From assembly GCF_009914755.1 (NCBI RefSeq), contig NC_060925.1: DNA of 64,000 bases; one strand, written 5' to 3'. The DNA is from the human T2T-CHM13v2.0 reference genome, Homo sapiens. Positions within the stretch are counted from its first letter, which is position 1; every line of letters starts with the position of its first letter. Positions 51,873-64,000 of this stretch are shown here, piece by piece. The translations under genes were made by a program, and so were the position numbers. The notes beneath the pieces are model-generated. The model did not search any database. It was not told where the DNA came from and saw nothing but the letters and a program-made list of their open reading frames with translations.

Positions 51873-52177
51873 GTGGGTGTGGTGGCTCATGCCTGTAATC
51901 TCAGCACTTTGGGAGGCCAGATCCACTTTTGGGTGGATCACCTGAGTTCAGGGGTTTGAGACCAGCCTGGCCAACATGTCAAAACCCCATCTCCACTAAA
52001 AATACAAAAATTAGCCAGGTGTGATTGTGCACACCTGTAATCCCAGCTACCCAGTTGGGCGAGGCACGAGAATTGCTTGAACCTGGGAGGCGGAGGTTGT
52101 AGTGAGCCAAGATGGCACCACTGCACTCTAGCCTGGGCGACAGAGTGAGACCCTGTCTAAAAATAAAAACAATAAAA
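51873..52177 (+). mobile_element. AluS
   Basis: Full dimer. Confidence 0.9.
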
Positions 52178-52443
52178 CGTGTCAAACTCACACATTTTAA
52201 ATATTGATTCTTAAGCCACTGAAGAACTATATCCTCATTGTGCTGAAAAACAATGGGATACAAACTTGTTCTATTTTCAAGACATCTAGATCTTTTGTTA
52301 TATTTACAAGAAAGATAAATTAGGTGGTGGCTATTCATAAATTAATGAAAGATTCCTCACTTTATAAAAGGAGTTGGTGCAAGGTAAATTTAAGTAGCAA
52401 ACTTTTCCAAAACATTAAAAATTTCATGCAATTTGAAAATTTT

Positions 52444-52756
<313 letters not shown>

Positions 52757-53086
52757 TTACAACTTTTCAGAAACCTGTTTATCACATATAACAGGAAATA
52801 TTTGCAGGTCTGGGGCTATTTTTCCATTGTGGTGATCAGTATATATTTTTAATGATTTCATTTCATTTTTATTAAACTTTTTTTTAAGGATTCATATATG
52901 GTTCATTTCGTGTACTGGTTAATGTTTGTTACTTTAAGCCATTAAAAAGCAGAATTTGAGTCTTACAATTGGACACTGTTTGCATATTGTTTTAGTTATT
53001 TCTAGTTTTTTGTAAAGTATATAAATGCGTTTTTTTCTTCCAAATTATTGGTCGGATTGTGTAATTATTAAGAGCCTTTGATCTGA

Positions 53087-53420
<334 letters not shown>

Positions 53421-55499
53421 TGATCTCTTTACTGACACGTGCCCACAGGGGAGCAAGGAATTCCTAACTTCAGTAGTAACTTGGGAATTTCATTGAAAAG
53501 TGACAACTCCTTTCCATCTTTCATACTTATTTTTCCCACCATCTTCTGGGTTTTGATAATTATCTTTTAGGTACTCCAAGAGTACTATGATAGGCTTAAA
53601 AAAAAAAAGAACAGAAAAGGAGACAGCTGGGAAATCCACCAGCAGAATCAAGTTCCATATACCAAATTATTTTTTTTCATATTTTCTTACATATTGTTTG
53701 TACCATCTCTTCATCCCACTCTACTTTCGGAGCGAGCATTATTCCTGGAAGTACTTTTGTATTTTCTCGGAGTCCATCTGCTCTGAATACTTATCTCCCA
53801 CCTGAGGCCATCATGTTCCATTCGGAGCATCGTAATCATTTTCACAGCAACTAAACATGATTTCACACACAGCAGATTATGACTTCTGTGGGGAGTGAGC
53901 AGTGTAAAATGATTAACCCCTTAGGACAGGGACCCCATTTCACACTAATCTCCTTAGCAACCAACAGAAGACAGGAAAATGGACAGCATAAATGGATTGA
54001 GGATAATGCAGCATCCCATTTAACGATCAGTTCTAAATGCCTCCGGAACATACTTCCAACCAGAAATGATAGCTGATGCCAAAGAGTATTGAGCAAATGT
54101 CCCTGGAAAAGGTGGCACTCGTGTGGAAGAAGGACATGGGAACATATGCCGTAAAGATTGGGGGTCCATCAGGGATGAAGTCTTGCCTGACTGTGGTGGG
54201 CCGCTGGGCCAGTAGGACTCCCGGAGAGACAGCATCACAGAATGCATGGATGGTGGGGTTCCGAATGGCTTAAGTCTAAATGAGTTGATTCTACTTTTGT
54301 CTAGTTCCGTTACGTTTTGGGGAAGAAGAGCTATACCATGCATAGGTTTGTGAATTAGTTCTTATAACCTCCCTATAATTACAGAAACAAGGATAACCCA
54401 AAGGTCTTGATTTTTTTTTCCTAAAATATTTCTTTTTCCCTAAAAGACTTCATGGCAATTGAATACCCTGTTTTCAGTTTACTATTGCTAGTTCAAGGAA
54501 GGGAGTTTTTACTGGGAAGAAGAAAGTCAATCTAAACAATGCCACAACTGTTTGTTTTTTTTTAAATAACCTTCCATGCCTATGACACAGGCAGCTAACA
54601 TAATGGGTTCCATTGTATTTGAATGCTTCTGAAGTTAATGCTACCTTTTTCTGCATGACTTACATATAGAGGAAGTCGGGTTGGTTTGTAGCCAATGGCT
54701 GTTAGATTTGATGACTAACAGTAGGTATCTCAGTAACAAAATGTTTCTCTCTCCATCACCATTAATTTTGGAATCTTCACCAGAGCTGATTGATCAACTC
54801 AGACAACACTCTTTATAAAGTATAATGAAATTAGAATTTTGATTTAGTCGTAAATGTGGTTACAGGGTGGGATTTGAAAGCATCTTCTGTCATTGAAGAG
54901 AAGACTATCATCAAAGAAATTACCGGCATGCTATAGGAATCCAGGCATTGTGGAACCTTCTGTTACCCCAGGCAATTATTATTATTGTGATTTTCGACTC
55001 GGCAAGTGTATGGACTTGAAAAAATCATCTAATAAACATTTATTATTAGCTACCCTTTGCCTGATAGCAGAAAATGAGAAGGAACCAGATGCACCCACTT
55101 TAATTAATTGGTGTAATCAGGAGTGGTATGCGACATCAAGGGTGAAAATTGCTGACTTAAACTGTGGCTTTGTGGCTCCAATGAAGTCTTGAAGTCTTTT
55201 TTCCCCTTGAATAACAACAGAATCAGAGCCTCTGGATTTTCCTTTCTCATCCATCTGAATTTCTTTCCTTTTTTGGGGGTGGAGGTGTGTTCAATTGAAA
55301 CTTTTGATGTGGTGATAGGATTCCCAATTTTTCTGCAGGAGAGTTGGGAGTTTATTCCTGAGTTTTCTCAGTTCATTCAAAAGACCAACAAAGAGAGGAA
55401 CAACATCAGGAAATGTAATGGAAACAATACATGTTATCCTCCTTTTGCCTGAACATGGTACAGATTGAAGTAGCAACCCTCTGCTTAGAAAAACCTTTT

Positions 55500-55826
55500 C
55501 TGTTGTTCCCGACTAAGCAAACCATCCTTTAGGTCTCTGCTTAGACATCACTTTCTCTGAGAAGTCTTCCCAAAATACCCTCCCTCCCAAACCACCCTAC
55601 CCTCCATCCTTCCTCCAGCTCTGTTAGGCTTCCTTATTCCCGTCTTAGCACTTCATCCACTTTATTTTAGAATTGCCTATTTATTGTCTATATCCTCTTT
55701 TACTTGGGGTCAGGCACTGTGTCTTGTCACCTCTATATCTCCAGGATCTAATACAGAGCCTAGCATTCAGTAGGTGCTTAATCAAACCTTTATTGAATGA
55801 ATGAATGAATGAATGAATGAATGAAT
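55500..55826 (+). mobile_element. L2 3' end with (TGAA)n tail
   Basis: catcactttctctgagaagtcttcc...cctagca..cagtaggtgctt; (TGAA)~8. Confidence 0.8.
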
Positions 55827-55886
55827 GGAAGTAGTGTCTGTCTCACCTAGGTATACCTTACTCATGTCTGCATTTTCAGTACCTAC

Positions 55887-56416
55887 TGTCACTGGAAAGG
55901 AGTTCCGATCCAGACTCCATGAGAGGGTTCTTGGATCTTATGCAAGAAAGAATTCTAGATGAGTCCATAAAGTGTAAGCAAGTTTATTAGAGAAGTAAAG
56001 AAACAAAAGTATGGCTACTGCACAGACAGATCAGAACCGAGGGTTGCTGGTTGCCCACTTTTATGGTTATTTTTTCATGATATGCTAAACAAGGGGTGGA
56101 TTATTCATGCCTCCCCTTTTTAGACCATGTAGGGTAACTTCCTGATGTTGCCATGGCATTTGTAAACTGTCATGGTGCTGGTGGGAGTGTAGCAGTGAGG
56201 ACGACCAGAGGTCACTCTCGTGGCCATCTTGGTTTTGGTAGGATTTGGCCGGCTTCTTTACTGCAACCTGTTTTATCGGCAGGGTGTTTATGACCTGTAT
56301 CTTGTGCCAACCTCCTGTCTCATCCTGTGATTAAGAATGCAGCCCAGCAGGTCACAGCCTCATTTTACCCAGCTCCTATTCAAGATGGAGTTGCTCTGGT
56401 TCAAATGCCTCTAACC
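55887..56416 (-). mobile_element. ERV1 solo LTR, MER41A-like
   Basis: Minus-strand start ..AGAGGCATTTGAACCAGAGCAACTCCATCTTGAATAGG; 4-bp TSD CTAC; lacks the tandem-GAS block. Confidence 0.9.
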
Positions 56417-56424
56417 CTACTTGG

Positions 56425-56930
56425 TGTATCAGTTATCTATTGCTGCATAACAAACCACTGCAAAACTTAGTGTCTTAAAACAGCAGCTATTTAGCCATGA
56501 TTCTGCAGACTAGCAGTTTAGGCTGGCCCAGCTGGTCAGTGCTGGTTTCAGCTGGGCTCCCTCATGTGTCTGTGGTCAGCTTCCAGGCCGTTGAGTGCTG
56601 GGTGTTCTAAGTAGGCCTCAGCTGGGGGTGTTGTCTCTTTTCCCTGTGATCTTTTATCTTCCAGAAGGCTAGCCTGGGCTTTTTCAAGTGGCAACTGGGC
56701 AGGGCTGTAAGAAAGGGAGCAGAAGTATGCATGACCTCTTGAGGCCCAGGCTCAACTGGCACATCATCACTTCTGCTGTATTTTCTTGGCTGCAGAAGTC
56801 ACAGAGCCAGTCCTGACTTAAAGGGAAGGAAAACTGACTTCTTTGAGAGGAGGAACTGCAAAGATAGGTTTTAAAGAGGCAGGGATACGTGGAGGAGAGT
56901 AATTGAGGACATTTTTGCAAACAATCTATT
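56425..56930 (-). mobile_element. Old MLT1 LTR
   Basis: tgtatcagttatctattgctgcataacaaaccac...aaaacttagtg. Confidence 0.75.
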
Positions 56931-57199
56931 ATTCTTGGCATAGTGTAGGTACTCTAAAGCACTTGACTACTTTGAGTCCAACAAGTATTAGATTTAGCCC
57001 AAGTCTTGGAAAGTCTTCCAAAGAAGATAAAATTTCTCTTTGGTTGCATTCTGAATCCCTGCCCTTCCCCATCTCCTATTCCCTGATCCCTCCACTGCTT
57101 TGTGACCCAAGCATGCAGGCCTTGTGTGGCTGTCAGCGCCCAGGTCCTCCTATTCAATGGGTGATACATCCTGGACACCTACTGTTCTCCTGAGCATCT

Positions 57200-57690
57200 T
57201 GTATAAACTAGACCCCACACCCGACAGGACCACAGCAGTGAGCAAGAAAGACAGATTCCTGTTCTCCACTGGGAAAGATGGATGTTTGACTAGAAACTAC
57301 GAAATGGATGTTTGACTAGAAACAGGTAACAGAGGGGACCTGCCTTGTTGAGGACCTGGCATTTAAGCTGCGACCTAAGAGGTGGGTAGGAAGGGGTGTT
57401 CTCGCCATGGAGGAGGTGGCGGTGACAGTGTGGGGCCCAGAGACGGTACGGTGGAGCACTTTTCAGAGAGAGGGAGTGTGCAGAAGGGCCCTGGTGCAGG
57501 AAACTGGGAGAGGACAGAATGGCTTCAGCTCAGGGGTGAGGGATGGCAGAGGTGTGCCAGACCGGGTCTCCTGGGGCTGGGTGAGCCAAGGCACTTTCCC
57601 AAGAGATGACTGGAAAGCTGTTGAAGGGTTACAGACACAGGGGAGGTGACCCAATTTACTTTTTAAAATCATCCTGGGCTGCATAGATAA
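57200..57690 (-). mobile_element. L2 relic
   Basis: cagtgagcaagaaagaca, gcatttaagctg, ttttaaaatcatcctgggctgc. Confidence 0.5.
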
Positions 57691-58724
57691 TACATGTAGA
57701 GGCGTGCAAGGCTGGACATGAAATTCCTTCCATTCTCCACCATCAAAACACTCTACCCAGCGGGGTGTGAGGAAGAAAGCAATCCGATGACATCGAATTC
57801 GCACTAAAGTTACTGAGAACCTTGTCATGGTATTTGTTCAAATCTTGAGTGTGCAGTCTTCGAAACCCTCTGAGCTCTGTTCCAGACTGTCCTCTCAGCC
57901 TTGAGTGCACATGGGGCACCGGAAGCTGGTGCACTGGGGAAGAGAGGGAACCGTCACTGCCAGCTGCCCGGTGGTGCAACCCCCATTCATTCTGATGTGG
58001 GCTGGCTGGCTGGCAAGGCGGCAGAGGGGCTCAGTGTCGCCGTGTAAGTCCTCAAACGGTCCTTGCTAGTGGCTCACTTTAGAGGGGATGGTGCACGGCT
58101 CCTTTTCCTCGGGATCTCAGAGCAGGTGCTTCACCTGCCTCTACTTCCCCCTTGCCCATATTCCCCCCATTGGGTACTATTTTACCTTTTCATTGGATGT
58201 CATTTAAAAAATGTGGTAACTCAGCAACACCTTTCACTGCCTTAGGCATCTGGTTTTCTGTGTGACACAGAGGCCTTCCTTCTGGCGCTGTCTCCCGGGA
58301 GCATCTTCAGGCAGCATTTCTCTAACTTCACTGAATGATTCTGGAAGTGGCTGGCAGATCACTGTCAGTGGAGTCAACCAGATGTGTATCTGCTAGGCCA
58401 TTTCCCTTTCCACCTTCCCTCGGTTCTCGCTGGGTCACAGAAGCAATGTCATAACAACACAGCTTCCTCCTAATGAAACATCTGCAGCCACCCTCTGGCT
58501 GACAGTTCATTAACCTTGTGGCCCAAACTGCTTCGGTGCCGTCCCTGCTCCTGAATTTTAACATTCAGAGTTTTCTTCAAAGCCCAGGTCTGCTTATCAA
58601 TCATGTTCAATATTAGGTTACTTACAGAATGAAGTCATTATCTTTAATGTTTAATAACTGTGCCACAAAGATAATATAATAAAATCTGAGAAATGTAATT
58701 GAGAGAGGCTTTTGACTCAAGTCT

Positions 58725-58749
58725 TGTGTGTGTGTATGTGTGTGTGTGT
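58725..58749. repeat. (TG)n microsatellite
   Basis: Directly visible. Confidence 0.9.
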
Positions 58750-59173
58750 TTAATCTTTCCTAATCCTATCCCCAAGGCTAAGAAAAACCTTGTTTTCGCT
58801 CTGTCTTCTACTTGGTTTGTCTCTTTTGTTTTGTTTTTGCTTGGCAATGTCCTGATCAGTCTGTTTTGGTGATGGCTGAGTCTGGGGAGCTGGCAGCAGA
58901 GATGATGACACTGGGATTGACACTATGCTGCAGGAGGGGGTGGTTGACGGCCACAGGAGATGTTGTGGGGTTGGACCCTTGCAGGGCATGGATTTGGTCA
59001 GGTATGGGGAACAAATGACCAGCGTGGACTCTGCTCCTGACACAAATGAACAAAGTGCCCAGATCTGATTCCCCCAGCCCTGGTGGCTTCCAGGTCTTTG
59101 AAGGTAGAATTGAGCCTCACAGCAGATGGCTCCTGGTAGTGAAGAGATTCTTGGGCAAAAGCCTGGTCATTAA

Positions 59174-59517
<344 letters not shown>

Positions 59518-60155
59518 TAGGAAAATGTATAAAATGGAATGTAGTCATTTTGCTTTGTCTTCTTGGAAGAAGCATCAATATGAATAAGTCTTTGAATTTG
59601 CAAGTTAAAACTCTGATTTTCCATGGGCAGAATCCGGGTGAGAAATAAGTCTGTTTGACTGTTTTGAGTTCTTCCTTTAAAGAATATAGACCATGATGGT
59701 GGCCTGTGTTGTGTCCTGAGGGGCTGTGTACACGGAGTCTATGGCAAGGTTCATAAAACGCTTAGAGGTTTTTCAGAGAAAGGAGCTATAGAAATGGAAG
59801 GTGGCACAGTTGTGTTGGAAACCTCCCACGGGGTCTCCAGGCTCTCATTTCCCTCCAAGTCATAAAGTGAGAGGATCTGTGGTAAGTCTCCCCCTCTCCC
59901 CTCCCCTCCCTCTCTTATTCTGTTCTCAAGGCAAGAAGCAAAGCATGAGGGTCTAACTATACAGGACAATCCTTCCACGGTTCCTCTGCGCAGTCCCATC
60001 TTACATCTTTGGAGGAGTTGGATAGCTTTTCTTTCAAAATTTTACAATAATTCCTTTCCTTTTTCTGAATTGCTTTATGAGTTGACTTGTCTTCCTAAGG
60101 AGTCAAAGTTAACAAGACTACCCTTGAACAATGTGAAACTCAACCAGGTATGTAG

Positions 60156-60587
<432 letters not shown>

Positions 60588-62596
60588 TGAGGGAGCCAGG
60601 CTGAGTTCTGCAGATGCTTCTGTTTTTGACTGCTCTCATATTTTCTAAAGTACATCCTAGTCTCTTTCAACTCATGGGGAAAATTGCAGAGAGTTAGGGC
60701 CCGTATAGTATGTGACACCAATCAAGACATAAATAATGAAGCATAAACATGTTTTTAAAAAACCTGTTATTTGGGATGGAGAGAAAATAACCCTTTTCAA
60801 ACATTCGATATAACTTTATACATCCTAGGGAAATGTTTACACACACCATTGGTTTAAAATTTTAGCTGAATTATTTTGATACTTCAGTTCAACAAATGGT
60901 CAATTCAGTCAGTTTTTTAATTGATTTTTCACAAAATGGAACCGGTTGACTGCTTGACTCAACTAGTCATTTGTGTGATACAGACGCAGGCTTAGAAGAA
61001 TAAGGTTGAACTGGGCAGTGGCAGATGGCTAAGGTCGAGTTTAAGGAAGACACAGAGAACTCTACCCATGGGTCCGTATCATGGGTTCCTGTCCTCACAT
61101 CCATATCATCAGTTCATTTAGTGAATGAAATCATAATCCCTGCCTCTCAAGGTCTCATTTGATTTCACATTCAGTGGCGTTTTCAGTCTGTGTTGAAAGC
61201 ACATGAGATGTTGACGCATTTGCACACATGGTGAGCCAGGAAGGAGGTGACGAGAGTGAACTGGGAAGAGATCATTTGAACATTAGAGATGACGATTCTG
61301 TTTACTATTTTCTTAAGTCCTTACTGGAAATATTACTTTTCATGGACTAGAACTAATTGGAAGTAAGATATCCTGTAAGTCCATTTAGAAAAAATTCTTC
61401 CAACTAGTTCTGAGCACGCTGGATTTGCCTGAGAAACTCTTTGGGCTGCATTCTGAGGGTGGCTTGGGTGGATTTGCCTTGACTTGATGGCCTTGAGGAA
61501 TAAGGAGGCCTGAATGGGCGTGAAACTGTGTTTAGAACTTGAGTTGGCCTGACACAGCTCTGGTTCACACTTGAACTTATGTGGACACTTCTCTGCCTCT
61601 CCATTATTCATCTTTGTACCTCCTGCATCTAGCGTAATGTTGAACACATGACAGACGTTCATTAGATGTTCAGAGTCTGGTTGTTTGCCAGCCTAAAATG
61701 CTTAGAGTTTATTGAATTGGGTTGTACATGCTACTAGGACCTATGACTTTGGGGAAGGAAGTTTTAGGGTTCAGCAACCTTTCACGTTTTGTCTTTTTTT
61801 TTTTCTTATGGGCTAGGATATTTACCCAAGGTAAATTCAGAGAACAGGGGTGCGCAGTGTTACATATGGCATTCCCCACTTAGGAGCAAGTGACTAATAT
61901 CTGTGTTAACTGAAGTCTGTCTTCTCACAGGTTCTGTGCTGAAGAACCATCTCACTGGCTGACACCCCTTAATAAGACATTCTGAATCTCCATGATTACA
62001 AGATTGGAGTGTGTTCAGAACCAGAGGCAAGCAGAATAGTTCAGAGATGTGGGTCGTAATCTGAGTGGGGATATAAGGGCCCCGACACAGGTGCCACCGG
62101 GCAGCTGCTGGAAGTGGGTTTGGAGCCGCACAGTGTGCACCAAGGTCAGTCCTGGGTGGGGGACGTGCAGCCAAAGGACCATCCCTGCGGGATTCAGACT
62201 CCAGATCCCCTGCTTTCCCATCGCCATGGGATGCCCAGAATGTTAGGAACAAAATCCTTGCTCACGAAGTCGGCCTCACTTTTCCCTGCCCAGCTACTGG
62301 CTTCCACGTCCTCGTCTTTATGAACTTTCCATCATGTGTCTAGAATTCCATCCCCTCTGCTCCCTGCTGATTCATGCCCGCCATTTTCCTAGGGAGCTCA
62401 GTCAACATTCAGCTCTTCAAAAATTCTTTTTCTGGCCTCATCTCAGGACTGTACTTCATTTTGTAGTTTTTCCACACAGAACTTGTAAGCACTCTTGAAT
62501 CATTTCATTTATGTCCCGACTTTTTAGCTAGCACGCTTAAGAGCAACACAGGCCTTGTTTTTCTGTGTATATGCTGAAGCAAGCAGAACTGACCTA

Positions 62597-63130
<534 letters not shown>

Positions 63131-63481
63131 TCTTTCTGGTTTGCTGATTCAATAAATTTTGCCTTGAAAAATTAGAGTCACAATTGTCTTTTGAAAGCCT
63201 TTCTTTGGAGGAAATATCCTCTGAGAAACTATGATTTTTTAGAAAATAATTGGACTTAGAGAAAAGGAGTAGGCTCTGCCTAAGGAAAAAATGTATTACT
63301 TAGTCCTTTATCAAACATTTATGGGTTTACTCTGTACTGTGCTAGTTGATGGGAGTGGGACTAGGGTCAAATGAGGACATGGTTTCTGTCCTCCCTGAAC
63401 CCATAGCCTCGTGGCTTGGAGATGGGACACCATGGTGGCAGATGTTGTGTGTGCTTGTGAATCTGAAAGACTGATGCCTGA

Positions 63482-63805
<324 letters not shown>

Positions 63806-63879
63806 TAATGTTCTAACTCATAAGGAAATTTTACCTTCATTCACTACGAGTAGGCTCATACTATACAAATATTAGTTTC

Positions 63880-64000
63880 TAGAGTCCATTGATGGATGAA
63901 GAGATAAACAAAATGTGGTCTATGCATACAATGGCATATTCTTCAGCGTGGAGAAAGAATGAAAGATACGTGCTATAGCGGTAACATGAACCTTGAAGAC
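63880..64000 (+). mobile_element. L1M 3' fragment (runs off window)
   Basis: gtccattgatggatgaa..ataaacaaaatgtggt...atgaaccttgaagac. Confidence 0.75.

Noticed and set aside
55887-56416. MER41 as an interferon-gamma (STAT1) enhancer
   Set aside because: Minus strand reads AAAAAGGGGAGG-CATGAATAATCC, lacking the tandem GAS block of MER41B. This is the MER41A configuration.
60860-60975. Possible ancient DNA-transposon or structured element
   Set aside because: Could not define TIRs or a convincing stem by eye

Overview
Primate (very probably human) non-coding genomic DNA, dominated by transposable elements. It holds about 46 Alu/FLAM/FRAM copies, old L1M and younger L1PA elements, MIR/L2 relics, ERV1/ERVL/MaLR LTRs, small hAT relics and micro/minisatellites. 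I recognise no protein-coding gene, RNA gene or CRISPR array; the ORF track is mostly Alu-, L1- or low-complexity-derived. A splice donor at position 5, a CpG-richer 5' end and mostly minus-strand L1s suggest a long intron of an unidentified + strand gene (inference). The most notable structure is at 45590-48459: an L1-retrotransposed, apparently spliced and 5'-inverted ERV1 RNA (Env tail + U3-R + poly(A) + 13-bp TSD). It was later invaded by an AluY and a 5'-inverted L1PA, and lies just upstream of a candidate exon and a 30-bp CCAAT-rich minisatellite. Several template-switch or duplication scars are also visible. Subfamily names come from recalled consensus features and need RepeatMasker/Dfam confirmation. 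Boundaries of old elements are approximate.
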